IMG/VR virus record: IMGVR_UViG_3300044614_002195
Location: 1 to 64,000 of that record
Source of the DNA: a virus
DNA: 64,000 bases
Direction: 5' to 3' (one strand)
The notes under the pieces were generated by a model, which did not search any database, was not told the origin of the DNA, and saw only the letters and a list, made by a program, of their open reading frames with translations. Positions 33,715 to 44,103 of the stretch are shown here, one piece after another. How positions within the stretch are numbered: position 1 is the first letter of the stretch; every line of letters begins with the position of its first letter. Both the position numbers and the translations under genes were made by a program.

Positions 33715-35925
33715 ATGCGCAAAACAAATTTAAATAAAGCGGCTGCAGATGATCAAATTGAAGGAGCATTCTTCCAGCTGGCTTATCAGCGCCTGCAAGA
33801 TACTCTTAAAAAACTTATCCCATATCTCGTAGGTTTTGAGATTGTTAAAAAGAACGAGGATAATACAAAAGCTTTAGGTGTTTTTGGTTTTAGGTCCGAC
33901 GGAGGACAAATTCTTTTCGTTCCTGCCTTTTTTGTGGATGGTAAAGTAAAGCCATTGGACCTCCTATATAGTAAAAATAACGAGCAGTTCTATCCGTTAA
34001 ACGAAGATTTTGCTGAAATGTTTGTTAAGGAAGAAATGCTTGGACTAGGAGACAACTCCAAGGAAAACAGATCTGACATCATGCGTGATGCTACTCAGGG
34101 AGACTACAGACAAATGTCTGTACCTCCTCGTACAGGACGTTACGCAATAGCCTCTGTTATTGACTATGTTAAAGACGCAGGAGAGCCCACAAAGAAAGCA
34201 TTTACAGATCTAATTGAGAAAGACGCAGAGTTCTGCGAATCTCTGTTACGCTTTTATCCTCTAGAAAAAGTAGCCGAAGCTATTTCCCTTGAAGACGGCA
34301 AAGAATACCGCAAGTCCGATCAGGCAGCCAAGAAGATTGAATTGGTTAAACTTAAAGATAAGGGTAAGGTTAAAAAGCTTACAGATTCACAAAAAAAGAC
34401 CCTGCTAACCCAGGGTTATGTGATTGTAGACGATCGCGCCGCAAATGAGAAATCTACTTTTGGTGCTGTTGATTATCTTAAAAAGTTCATTAATCCTCCT
34501 GAGTCTGGCTTTTATTCTTATGTAACTAAACTAGGTGGCCTTCGCTACGGTCTTATCCTGGTGAGACCAAAGCAGCTCCAGCAGGATTTTGCCACTGACG
34601 ACGTACTTGTTTTAGATATCGAGTCCAAAGACGGCTCGACCTATATCAAAGATCACAAGCAGGTTTTTGTTAAAGATCAGATTAGAGTGCAGGACTATAG
34701 TGCTGTACATAAAATGATGGTGGACGCTGCTGAAGGTAAACCTGGGTATTCTAACGTTTACGTATTAATTAATGAAAATTTAAAGGCCACGCAGCCCTTC
34801 AGAATTAATGCAAATTTTAAAGACGCTTCAGGAATTCGCAGAATTGCAGTAGAGCCGCATAGCATATGGGCAGACTCATGCTGCGACGAAAAGGGAGGCG
34901 TAAAAGACAGACCAGGAAGCATTCATGATCTACCTAGAGGCAACTTCTACAACCACCCCAAGAAAGCTAGAGAAGTACATCTTGTCATGACCAAGAGACA
35001 AGGTGATCGCCTAGACTATCAGGATAATACCATTTACGTTCCTGCAGGATTTAAACTATTAAAGATTACTCCAGCATGCTGCTTTCCCGGCTGGAGAGAA
35101 ACAGGCTTCTCCGGCAATGAAAACGACGGAGACGCTAAAGCTCACGAACAAAAGCTTAGAGGTGAACCTGGCACACCGGGGAAACTGCACGCAATGCTGG
35201 AAGATAAAAACGTCTTCCCTATGACTGTACACACCAACGGCAGTGAATACTTCGTAGACATCAAGGGAGCAAAGAAAAAATACGAAGATCCGATTAAAGC
35301 TAAAATAGCGATGGTCATGGATATCGGACTAGACGAAAAGGCAGCAGAAGATCTACTGGATAGCCTGGTCCCAGGGTTTTCCAAAAAGGGGCACTTGAAG
35401 ATGGCCTATACAGGAGACATTTATCCTCAGCCTTTTGAAGAGCAGCCATACACCAACGAGTTTGGACAAAGTACGTATGTGGGTGTAGGACAGGAGAACA
35501 CACTGCCGACCCTGGATAGCTATGTTGGAAATCCTACCCGTCAAGATCTTGGCACAATGCCTGAGGTTAAGGGTATCGACCCTAGATACGTGCAACAAGC
35601 TATACAATTAGCCCAAAACGGACAAAAGGAAATTTTCGACACTCAAATGATTGGCGCTTTAGCCAAGTACGTTTCTGTGGGAGATAAAATTTCCGAGTAT
35701 TTACCATCTATGGTTGAGGCGATGGATAGACTTGGAAGAATCCTGTTTTTATTGCACTGGGAAACAGACAAGTTTAAAGAGATGTACGGCCGAGGGGATC
35801 TACCTGAGTTGGTAGAATTAGTGACTAGTGTTCTTAAGAATATTGGAGACCTGATCATTTTCTTGAAGCGGAAATCTCCCGAGTTGTCAATTAACATGAC
35901 CCAAACGGAAAGCACAGAAATTTAA
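33715..35925 (+). CDS. Large hypothetical head-associated protein
   Basis: 736-aa ORF at the start of the head region, with NKAA and LKMA motifs; family not recognised. Confidence 0.75.
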   Translation: MRKTNLNKAAADDQIEGAFFQLAYQRLQDTLKKLIPYLVGFEIVKKNEDNTKALGVFGFRSDGGQILFVPAFFVDGKVKPLDLLYSKNNEQFYPLNEDFAEMFVKEEMLGLGDNSKENRSDIMRDATQGDYRQMSVPPRTGRYAIASVIDYVKDAGEPTKKAFTDLIEKDAEFCESLLRFYPLEKVAEAISLEDGKEYRKSDQAAKKIELVKLKDKGKVKKLTDSQKKTLLTQGYVIVDDRAANEKSTFGAVDYLKKFINPPESGFYSYVTKLGGLRYGLILVRPKQLQQDFATDDVLVLDIESKDGSTYIKDHKQVFVKDQIRVQDYSAVHKMMVDAAEGKPGYSNVYVLINENLKATQPFRINANFKDASGIRRIAVEPHSIWADSCCDEKGGVKDRPGSIHDLPRGNFYNHPKKAREVHLVMTKRQGDRLDYQDNTIYVPAGFKLLKITPACCFPGWRETGFSGNENDGDAKAHEQKLRGEPGTPGKLHAMLEDKNVFPMTVHTNGSEYFVDIKGAKKKYEDPIKAKIAMVMDIGLDEKAAEDLLDSLVPGFSKKGHLKMAYTGDIYPQPFEEQPYTNEFGQSTYVGVGQENTLPTLDSYVGNPTRQDLGTMPEVKGIDPRYVQQAIQLAQNGQKEIFDTQMIGALAKYVSVGDKISEYLPSMVEAMDRLGRILFLLHWETDKFKEMYGRGDLPELVELVTSVLKNIGDLIIFLKRKSPELSINMTQTESTEI

Positions 35926-35937
35926 GCTTTTCTGATT

Positions 35938-36882
35938 ATGGCGGAGCAGCAAAACACCTCATATTTAGAGAGGTTAGCCGCATTGAAGTTGTTGCGTGAA
36001 AACATGTATTACGCACAACCCTCTAGGTATGCGGCAACTGATTTTGCTGACGATTTACCAGGGCCACTTAGAGCTGTTGCACCTAACATAGGTGAGATAG
36101 CTCCTTCTATGGCGATTATTTCAAAAGACCCTGAGGAAAGGAAAAGTCAAATTCGTGAAGCCATAAATAGAATCAAACAAACAGGCAACGCTTCTACTAA
36201 CCTAGGTAAAGAGATTTTACATAACGTTAAAGACATGGGACTCGGCGCCATAGCCCCTGGGCTTGCACTAGCCACTGCCTTTAATTTAATGGGTTTTAGA
36301 TCGCCTGTAGCAAAACTTAAATCAGGTAAAAAAGTATGGAGATCCCCAGCAACTCCAATAGAAAATATTAAAAAGCTATTTAATAAGCCTGGTTACGCTA
36401 AAGAAATTGCAAAAGAAAGTGGAAAGGAAGCACTGACTGGTGCAGGAATCGCAGCTATATCCGCAGGAGCATATCCCATTTTCGCAAGAGCCACAAAACC
36501 TTCAGATAAAGCACTGAGTGAAGCCGCAAGCGTAATACAAGATCAGCCCAACCTCAGCGCTATTCCAGCCTCTGAGTATATGAGTATTATGCGTAAGAGT
36601 AAAGAAGACGCCGGCTCTCCAATCTCTCAAAAAATAAAAGCCATAGCACAGGGGACAGGAATAGGTGCAGGGGTTGGAGCAGCAGCCGCACTAGCCCCTA
36701 GCGCTTTAAAGGTACTTGCACTAGCCGCAAGGAATGCCATAACTAGAAGACCAATATCCGCCGATATGGGTGGAATAATTAAAAAAGATCTACCTAGAGA
36801 CTTGAGTCTCGGCAGCATTACCGGCGGAGCGCTAGGAGCAGCGGCAGGACCGTTTACAGAAAAGCTACCAGAAAATGAATAA
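35938..36882 (+). CDS. Putative internal head/ejection protein with glycine zippers
   Basis: GTGIGAGVGAAAALA and GSITGGALGAAAG helices. Confidence 0.6.
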   Translation: MAEQQNTSYLERLAALKLLRENMYYAQPSRYAATDFADDLPGPLRAVAPNIGEIAPSMAIISKDPEERKSQIREAINRIKQTGNASTNLGKEILHNVKDMGLGAIAPGLALATAFNLMGFRSPVAKLKSGKKVWRSPATPIENIKKLFNKPGYAKEIAKESGKEALTGAGIAAISAGAYPIFARATKPSDKALSEAASVIQDQPNLSAIPASEYMSIMRKSKEDAGSPISQKIKAIAQGTGIGAGVGAAAALAPSALKVLALAARNAITRRPISADMGGIIKKDLPRDLSLGSITGGALGAAAGPFTEKLPENE

Positions 36883-37960
36883 GCTTAAGACTATTAGACT
36901 TAATCAGGTAGGCTCATTTTATAATTTTCCTAACTGGCGTTATCTTGTTTACCTAGAGCCTCACAGAGCAAATTTGGCCTACTGTAAAAGAAAACCAAAA
37001 GATGGTGCTAGATGTCTCCTAAGATACCTTAAAGACCATGAAGAAATATCAGAAAGGTCTGTGGTTTCCTTTTCATTTACTCCGAAGTTTTCAAAAGCGA
37101 TAGAAAAGTTAAACATAAAGCAAAAAGACACGTTCTATAAGTTGTTTAACAAAAAGTTAAAAATGCAGGGAGATAAAAAGGTATTCACTTCTTCATATAG
37201 AGAAGAGCACGTAGAGGTATGGAACGGTAAGTATATAGCTCTCGTACAAGACGTACCTCTTAAAGAATTTTTATACCACGTAACAAATATCAAGTACTCA
37301 AAAGATTTTGATTTTGCTGTAAAGTTTAGAAACTCACCAGAACACCAGCGCAATTTCTGCGTGATAGGTTACTGTATTTTCGCAGGGTTATCTGACGCGG
37401 TTATTGCTCACAGATATAAGCTATACCCCAAACAGGTAAAGGCCTTACGTGAGCTTTTCTTTGATTTCACAAATGCTCCCACTGACGTTGTCGCTAGGGC
37501 AGCGTATTTCACGCAACTCACAGACAATAACATTATCAATGACGTAGATAGGAGATATTTTAAAATTATTGGCGCCCTAGGAGAGCTAGGCCTAAAGGCT
37601 GAGGCTGATCCTTCAAGTCTAACAATAGACGAAAAAGAAAGGCTCAATTCCTATCTAGCGGACTCTATGCTGGATAATGTTACCTCTTTATACTTTAGTA
37701 TTGAAGATAAAAAAGACGCTTTAGCTTATAATGGTGTAATCAATAACCTAGCGTCATTCTTCATCAAGAAAGAAGAAATAAATTATTTTAGATCAAAAGT
37801 CAGGAATCTAGATGCTAGTACCGCTAGGATTGTTAACGAACGCACAGATTACACTACAGGAATACAAGAGGAGGATATATTGGCAATGGAAATGATCACC
37901 AAGCTGGCCTTGAAGGAAAATCCTCCTCCAGAATATAAAGTAATTACTGAATTGAAATAA
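36875..37960 (+). CDS. Hypothetical protein
   Basis: 361-aa ORF, aromatic-rich and helical; function not recognised. Confidence 0.75.
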   Translation: MNKLKTIRLNQVGSFYNFPNWRYLVYLEPHRANLAYCKRKPKDGARCLLRYLKDHEEISERSVVSFSFTPKFSKAIEKLNIKQKDTFYKLFNKKLKMQGDKKVFTSSYREEHVEVWNGKYIALVQDVPLKEFLYHVTNIKYSKDFDFAVKFRNSPEHQRNFCVIGYCIFAGLSDAVIAHRYKLYPKQVKALRELFFDFTNAPTDVVARAAYFTQLTDNNIINDVDRRYFKIIGALGELGLKAEADPSSLTIDEKERLNSYLADSMLDNVTSLYFSIEDKKDALAYNGVINNLASFFIKKEEINYFRSKVRNLDASTARIVNERTDYTTGIQEEDILAMEMITKLALKENPPPEYKVITELK

Positions 37961-37980
37961 TTTTAAAATGATGGTATAAC
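37952..37980 (+). promoter_or_regulatory. Sigma70-type promoter with extended -10
   Basis: TTGAAA-N17-TATAAC with TG at -15/-14. Confidence 0.7.
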
Positions 37981-37993
37981 TGTAAACAATCAT

Positions 37994-39490
37994 ATGGACG
38001 AGCCTAACATTCTAATCAAAACAGCCCTAAGCGAAGCAGTGCAAAAGGTAAATGCCGGCATGTCTCCTACCGAGGCGCTAAAGAAAGTCGCAGAAGACTT
38101 GGACCTTAACCCCAATTATATTCAAAGAACCGGAGAAGCCTTGAACGTAGCTTTAAACTACAAGCATTTTAAGACAGCTTCAGACAGATCCACAGATTTT
38201 GAAATTGCAGACATCTCTAAAGCAATTCAAGACGCATTCACATTCACAGAAAAAACGGCAGCAGAAAAAATATCTGAGCGTTTCTCTGTAGCTGAAACAA
38301 ACGAGCATATTTTTAACTATAATAGAGCTCTTAGTAATCCCATGTACAAAAGAGCGTTTTTAGAAATTGCTAATGCTCCTGAAGTAAATGAAAGCTATCC
38401 AACAACTTTTAATACTGTCTACGAAAAGTCTGCAAATTATATTCAAAGCCTAAACAAGCAGGCAGAAGAAGCTGAAGTGGCTAGAGTTGAAGCAGAGTTT
38501 GAACTGAATGCAAAGTTTTCAGAGCTTTCAGACGCTTTTAGAAAAGACGCAGGATATAGAACATCTTTTGACGAGTTTGAATCACAGGTTTTCTCTAAGT
38601 ATGGACAAGCGGCTTTACCTTATCTAGATCTTTTACACAAGACTGCAGCCCAGCACGAAGAAAGAGGCGTTCACGATTCTGGCTATATTATGTTTGAGCA
38701 GTGCAAGGAAGCTCAAATGTTTGAAGGCTTAATGTCCGCAGCCAGCCAATGGACTGCAGCCACAAAGACAGCAGAAGAAATTTCAGAAAATTTAAATTTC
38801 GAAAAAGCTTATCTCAAAGACTCCTGCAGACTTCTAGGCAAGCAGTCAGCAACTAAATGCTGCGGAAAATGTACAGGAGAGTGTAAGTGTGGTAGTTCTT
38901 GCTCTTGTCAAAAAAGTGAAGACGCCGACAAAGAAAAGAGTGCAGAAGAATCCGTCCAGCCTCATATTGAAGCGGATCCTGTCCTTGAAGAGATTAAAAA
39001 AAAAGCTTCAGATGAAAGCTACAAAATAGCTAAAGACTATACTAAAGACCCTGTCCTGAAAGAAGCCATGGAAAAAGAGGCTTTTTTGGGTCTGGGAAAA
39101 TCCACTGGATTTGGGGGACTTATTAGCGAGCACGTTTCTGAAGCTTTTTCCGCAGGCTTTAAACCGCATAATACTGCACCCAAACCTAACATGACTTTAG
39201 ATAATATGGAGCGCAAGCTCTTATTACAAGAGCTCATGATGACAGATCCTATTTTGTCAAAAATAAACCCAGCCAGAGTCGCTAGAGCCTTTGAACAACT
39301 TCTGAGGTTATCTCCAGAAATCTCAAAAGAAAAAGAGGTCGTCAGGGCAGAATTAAGAGCCATGGTATCGTCACAGGCGTTAAGTAAGTTTGATGCAGAT
39401 CTTATGGCTAAAACAGATGTAGGAATGCTAAAGCGTCGAATAGCTACACAAAACTTTAACTCAGGTCATATGGACACCTTTAGAATATAA
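37994..39490 (+). CDS. Putative internal head protein rich in K-x-A motifs, with a Cys cluster
   Basis: More than a dozen K-x-A motifs (IKTA, FKTA, EKTA, EKSA, NKQA, HKTA, TKTA, EKEA and others); CCGKCTGECKCGSSCSC at 38858-38908. Confidence 0.7.
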   Translation: MDEPNILIKTALSEAVQKVNAGMSPTEALKKVAEDLDLNPNYIQRTGEALNVALNYKHFKTASDRSTDFEIADISKAIQDAFTFTEKTAAEKISERFSVAETNEHIFNYNRALSNPMYKRAFLEIANAPEVNESYPTTFNTVYEKSANYIQSLNKQAEEAEVARVEAEFELNAKFSELSDAFRKDAGYRTSFDEFESQVFSKYGQAALPYLDLLHKTAAQHEERGVHDSGYIMFEQCKEAQMFEGLMSAASQWTAATKTAEEISENLNFEKAYLKDSCRLLGKQSATKCCGKCTGECKCGSSCSCQKSEDADKEKSAEESVQPHIEADPVLEEIKKKASDESYKIAKDYTKDPVLKEAMEKEAFLGLGKSTGFGGLISEHVSEAFSAGFKPHNTAPKPNMTLDNMERKLLLQELMMTDPILSKINPARVARAFEQLLRLSPEISKEKEVVRAELRAMVSSQALSKFDADLMAKTDVGMLKRRIATQNFNSGHMDTFRI

Positions 39491-39494
39491 TAAT

Positions 39495-39872
39495 ATGCCA
39501 GCACTATTAAAAATCAAAAGAGCTATAGATAACGACGTTTTTAAACTAACGTTTTCGCTAGACATCAATTCTTTACCTGAAAGCGATAAAGAGCTTATTA
39601 GGAAATTTGGCGAGCCTCAGATCAACATTGGTGGAGAATATCTACCAGAAACAGATAATACTTTTTCTCTTCCAGATAAATTTTTAAGAGTAAGATCAGA
39701 TTTACCATACACTCAGGAGTTTGATGCAAAATCGAATCTCCTTGGATTTGCTTCTACCGAAGCGCAGGCTTACGCATTTCAAGCTGAGTTTATCTCCAGA
39801 TACACTGACGCTTTTTTAACACTCAGGAGTAACGCAGATACCTTTACAGGTGAAACAGTTGAAAATATTTAA
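39495..39872 (+). CDS. Hypothetical head-region protein
   Basis: 125-aa ORF in operon. Confidence 0.65.
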   Translation: MPALLKIKRAIDNDVFKLTFSLDINSLPESDKELIRKFGEPQINIGGEYLPETDNTFSLPDKFLRVRSDLPYTQEFDAKSNLLGFASTEAQAYAFQAEFISRYTDAFLTLRSNADTFTGETVENI

Positions 39873-39877
39873 TACTT

Positions 39878-40255
39878 ATGGATGCTAGTATTCTTGAAAA
39901 TTCTTTTATAGCTGGTATGCAAAAAAGGGCTGAACAATTAGGTTTGGAAAAAGAAGCCTTCATGCCTTTCTTTATGCAAAATATTGCACCTATGTTCGGT
40001 GGAGCTGTAGCACAGCATTACGCAGCTCGAGGAATAAAAAATCTAGCAAAAAGAAAATTAGCAAAAGGAGTAAAGCCAGGGCTAATTACCCGCGCAGCCA
40101 GGAAAGCTCATGGACTTTTAGAAGCAAAAGGAATTCAAGGACCTTTAGCACAGACAGGCTTAATGATGGGGTCGTCCATGGCAGTTGAACCTGTTTTTAG
40201 CGCAATAAACAAAAAATTATACCCCGATGCACAAGAGCAGGAATACATGCAGTAA
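39878..40255 (+). CDS. Putative internal head protein with helical leader
   Basis: SFIAGMQKRAEQLGLEKEA leader followed by a basic amphipathic part. Confidence 0.65.
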   Translation: MDASILENSFIAGMQKRAEQLGLEKEAFMPFFMQNIAPMFGGAVAQHYAARGIKNLAKRKLAKGVKPGLITRAARKAHGLLEAKGIQGPLAQTGLMMGSSMAVEPVFSAINKKLYPDAQEQEYMQ

Positions 40256-40273
40256 GTTTAGCCACTGATTTAT

Positions 40274-42595
40274 ATGGAAAATAAATTTAAAAATATCAAT
40301 GAACTGCAGCGATTAGTTATGCAGAAAGCAGCAGGCGCGGAGTTAAACCGTTATTATGACGCAGCCAATGACGAGAATGCAAAGATTGGGTTACCTCAGA
40401 CAGGCAAGTTACCTGCAAGGGTCAGAGCAAAAAACCCAGCAAAAGCACGCATACCAGTCACCCAAGCTGCAGCACCAACTCCCGCGCCGGCCCCTGCACC
40501 AGCTCCTGCACCCGCGCCAGCCCCTGCACCAGCTCCTGCACCCGCGCCAGCCCCTGCACCTTCAGCAGCTACAAGCAGCGCAGCAAAGCCTAGACGCACC
40601 CAAGCAAGGAATAAACCGAGCGGAGCTTCACAAGCAATGCCTCCGGCGGCTCAATTTGAACAAAGAATGCTATCCAGGGGAGGCAAGGCAGCGTTAGGAC
40701 TTGGAGCAATGCAGGGCGCTTATGATCTATGGAACGCAGACGATAAAGTCGAGGGATTAGGTCAGGCTGTCGGAGATGTACTTCCAGGAGCAGCGATGTA
40801 TGGATTAACTAGACCAGGTACCGGAGCAGGCGCATCCAATATGGCCGGACGCGCAGGCAAAGCCTTAAGTAATTTATCACAACGTACAGGCTTAACGGAA
40901 ATGGCGAAGGATATAAATCAAAATGCTATAGCTCCAGCGATGAAGAAAATCACCCCAAGCCTTCAGGCGGCAGGGCAGACCATTAGAAATAAAATGCCTG
41001 CAGGAGCATCAACTGTCGCAAATAAAATTATGCCTAATCTAGGTAGAGCTGCAGGCTTTCTCGGAAAGAGATTAATTCCGGGACTTGGCGCAGGTATGTC
41101 CGGCGCCTCAGCTGTCAGTAGATGGAAAGAAGGCGACCGCCTCGGCGCATTAATGGACGCCGGACTGGGGGCAGCAAGCTTTATTCCAGGAGTAGGAGGA
41201 GCTGTAAATTTAGCAGGCTCAGGATTAATGGGACTTAGAGACAGTTATAGAAATAAAAATGCACCAACTCAAGAATTACCCAAAACTGGAGCATTCAACC
41301 TATACAAGCACGCCATATCGAATTTTAGGCGAGATATAGAAGATCCGTCTACAGGATATAATTCTGACTTACATCAAGCCATAGCGCCTATGGTTTCGCC
41401 AAATGTTCAAAATTTACCTGCAGGCTCTCCAGACGCAAAAAGAATTAGCGGGCTACAGGGAGATTTAAGAAAAGGCCTTGTAGGCCTTGAGTATCTAACA
41501 GGATTAAAGAAGAATACTGGCGAATCTTTTTATGACGAACATCCAGCTGAGGCAGTAGTAACCGATTTGCTAGGCAATTCCCCATTGATCGGCGCTGGGG
41601 TAGCTGGAGGAGGAATTGGATTAAATTATTTAAGACAGGCAAAAAACATGAGGATGACACAACCCTCAGCTATGTCTAGAGAGGGAAATATACAGGACCC
41701 TAGCAACTCTGCAAATCTCTTAGATCCTGCTAAAGGAAATTTACGAGCAGATGTTGGTCGTGTTTTCGGTGATGAAGAAAATGTTACTGCACGCTTAAAG
41801 ATATTAGATAGACTCAATAAGAATGCACCAGATAAAGGTTTCGAAAAACAATATCAACGTTTGGCTGACGCAAAAGCAGCTATAGAAAGAAAGAACAGTC
41901 AGATTTTAAACGAGCTTAATTCAAGCCTGGAATCTTCAAAAATCAGTGAAAAAGATATCAAGCGAATACAGACTAGAATTAATGCAATTGAAAAAGCTCA
42001 AGCTCACCAGACTGGGGCTATAGATAAGGATATAAAGGCTTTACTCACAAAGGCAAAAAGCTCTAGAGGGGCCTCAGCTTTACCTGAATACGCTAATTTT
42101 CATGAGTCTCTTCAAAAAGCAAATCGCCAGGGAGGACTTAAGAATTACATAGGAGAGGGTCTTCACGATTATCTCGGAGACGGAGAAATTGCTAGCTGGA
42201 TTAAGAAAAATATTCTTCCCGGAAGAGATCAAGCTATAGGAGATCTTCTTGAAAGGCATAAGTTGACAGGACAAAACCCTCATTTCGATGACATGCTCAT
42301 CAAGGATATTATAAGAGAAAACAAAGGAGGAGCACCACTTCATCCTGGGTTTAACGAAACAACCTTAAGGCGTATAGCCGACCCTGAGCACCAGTCTTCA
42401 GGATTGAGAAGAAGCTTTAGCAAGATGAAACTTCCTCTAGCTGCCGGCGCAGGGATTGCAGCAGGAGGCACAGGGCTTTATTATCTGCTCAAAGCAATAC
42501 AGAATCAAATGCATCCGAAAGAAAAAACCGATGAGTGGAAGAGAACTCTCTTAAAAGCTCGCGGAGATTTTGACGCAGCAAATAGAATAGGATAA
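40274..42595 (+). CDS. Large putative ejection/internal head protein
   Basis: QKAA leader, (PA)n linker, multiple Gly-zipper helices, coiled coil, and C-terminal LAAGAGIAAGGTGLYYL. Confidence 0.65.
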   Translation: MENKFKNINELQRLVMQKAAGAELNRYYDAANDENAKIGLPQTGKLPARVRAKNPAKARIPVTQAAAPTPAPAPAPAPAPAPAPAPAPAPAPAPAPSAATSSAAKPRRTQARNKPSGASQAMPPAAQFEQRMLSRGGKAALGLGAMQGAYDLWNADDKVEGLGQAVGDVLPGAAMYGLTRPGTGAGASNMAGRAGKALSNLSQRTGLTEMAKDINQNAIAPAMKKITPSLQAAGQTIRNKMPAGASTVANKIMPNLGRAAGFLGKRLIPGLGAGMSGASAVSRWKEGDRLGALMDAGLGAASFIPGVGGAVNLAGSGLMGLRDSYRNKNAPTQELPKTGAFNLYKHAISNFRRDIEDPSTGYNSDLHQAIAPMVSPNVQNLPAGSPDAKRISGLQGDLRKGLVGLEYLTGLKKNTGESFYDEHPAEAVVTDLLGNSPLIGAGVAGGGIGLNYLRQAKNMRMTQPSAMSREGNIQDPSNSANLLDPAKGNLRADVGRVFGDEENVTARLKILDRLNKNAPDKGFEKQYQRLADAKAAIERKNSQILNELNSSLESSKISEKDIKRIQTRINAIEKAQAHQTGAIDKDIKALLTKAKSSRGASALPEYANFHESLQKANRQGGLKNYIGEGLHDYLGDGEIASWIKKNILPGRDQAIGDLLERHKLTGQNPHFDDMLIKDIIRENKGGAPLHPGFNETTLRRIADPEHQSSGLRRSFSKMKLPLAAGAGIAAGGTGLYYLLKAIQNQMHPKEKTDEWKRTLLKARGDFDAANRIG
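40481..40560 (+). repeat. 30-nt tandem repeat (2.7 copies) encoding (PA)n
   Basis: CCCGCGCC(G/A)GCCCCTGCACCAGCTCCTGCA units start at 40481, 40511 and 40541. Confidence 0.95.
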
Positions 42596-42599
42596 CTAT

Positions 42600-44051
42600 A
42601 TGTACAAAGGCTTAATTAAATTTAGCAATACAAACGACTGGAATTGGGATGTGGAGCCCGTACAGCTTATCCGAAGCAGTAACACATTAACTAAAGCAGG
42701 CGCTGATAACTCTGAGTTAAAAACAGAAAAAACAGCCGGACAGACGGATGTTCTTGTGATCGCGCTTGGAGCCTACGAAGGAACAGGAGCAAATAGAAAT
42801 GGTGACATCTTCAAAGAAGCGTCATGCAAAGCACACTATAAAACTTTTGTTAAGTCAGGAAGCAAACGCAGTGATGGATCGTATGATGGCAGAGCAGTAA
42901 ATAGACATCATAAAAATAAGCCTGAAGATCCTAAATTTGGTAATATCAAAGCAGCTTCGTATAACGATAAAATGAAGCGCATTGAGCTAGTTATCGGCCT
43001 TGATAACGATAAATGTGCAGAAGAAATCCAAAAGCTAGCGGAAGGAAAACAGATTAATGTGAGCATGGCGGCCAAGGTTGCCTACGACAAATGCACCTGG
43101 TGCGGACACAATGCAAAAACAGACAACGATCGTTGTAAGCATATCCCAAAAGAACTTGGAGAAATCAACAAGCAGGGTGAAATGTGTAGCATGGATAACA
43201 TCGACCCTAAATGGTTTGAAATCTCTATAGTAGGCAGACCGGCAGATAGAATAGGTATGTCTCTCAAACTTGCTTCAGACAATAACTATATTAAAACAGC
43301 TAGTGATTACCGCGAAATGTACCCAGGATTTGTCGCACCTGCAGACGAAGAGCAGTTTTTAACTATTTCAAAATATGCCTCTGAAAAGAGAAGTCTTGTT
43401 AAAAAATTGGCCGCGCTAGAAAAGCATATTGATGCTGTGATGACTGGAGGACCTAAAAACTCTAAAGATAAATACCTGAAAGAGCATAGGTCTAAAATAA
43501 AGCACTCGGATAATATTTCTGAAGACACTATCGACGAGCTTAGAAATTTCGAACCTTCCAAGCTATTAAGAGCTTTAGCTGATAACGGAATTGTTTTTTC
43601 TCCTGAAGATTTTGTGAAATACCTATTCGGGAGCAGCAAATTCAAAGGATCTTCGTCAGACATGTTTAGCAAGATAAAGGATCATTTACCTTTGATGTTT
43701 TCTGACGCTGAAGATGATGGAGATGATGGAGATGATGTTGTTAACGAGGAAAAGTATGAACCTTCAAGTTCTGATGTAATACCCAAGGAATTATCCTCTC
43801 TAGTAAAAAAGCTTTTTGATGGTCACTCTATGTTTGACTCTCCAGCACATGGAAGAATTATGCGAATCACTATAGTCAAACGTATTCCAAAAGAACGAGC
43901 GCATGAGGATAAGGAGATCTCAAAAGAGGCAGCGATTAAGACGTTAGCTAAGCAATATGCTGCTTATAAACTCGCGGCCTTACGTTATATGGATGAGCAA
44001 AATAAGCTCGACGAAGATACAATGCTTAATATTTTAATGCAGAACAGATAA
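42600..44051 (+). CDS. Prohead maturation protease (assemblin/HK97-like serine protease) with C-terminal scaffold-like region
   Basis: NRNGDIF, VNRHH, INVSMA, Zn-finger-like CTWCGH...RCKH, and WFEISIVGRPAD; located upstream of scaffold and capsid genes. Confidence 0.8.
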   Translation: MYKGLIKFSNTNDWNWDVEPVQLIRSSNTLTKAGADNSELKTEKTAGQTDVLVIALGAYEGTGANRNGDIFKEASCKAHYKTFVKSGSKRSDGSYDGRAVNRHHKNKPEDPKFGNIKAASYNDKMKRIELVIGLDNDKCAEEIQKLAEGKQINVSMAAKVAYDKCTWCGHNAKTDNDRCKHIPKELGEINKQGEMCSMDNIDPKWFEISIVGRPADRIGMSLKLASDNNYIKTASDYREMYPGFVAPADEEQFLTISKYASEKRSLVKKLAALEKHIDAVMTGGPKNSKDKYLKEHRSKIKHSDNISEDTIDELRNFEPSKLLRALADNGIVFSPEDFVKYLFGSSKFKGSSSDMFSKIKDHLPLMFSDAEDDGDDGDDVVNEEKYEPSSSDVIPKELSSLVKKLFDGHSMFDSPAHGRIMRITIVKRIPKERAHEDKEISKEAAIKTLAKQYAAYKLAALRYMDEQNKLDEDTMLNILMQNR

Positions 44052-44058
44052 AAAACAC

Positions 44059-44087
44059 TTGGAACAAACAAAGAAGTAAGTTAACAT
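44059..44087 (+). promoter_or_regulatory. Sigma70-type promoter
   Basis: TTGGAA-N17-TAACAT upstream of ATG 44104. Confidence 0.6.
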
Positions 44088-44103
44088 TTAAAAAATATAA
44101 ATT

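Noticed and set aside
33715-35925. Portal or terminase assignment for the 736-aa or 361-aa genes
   Set aside because: No Walker A/B or RNase H-like nuclease motifs and no recognisable portal pattern; left hypothetical.
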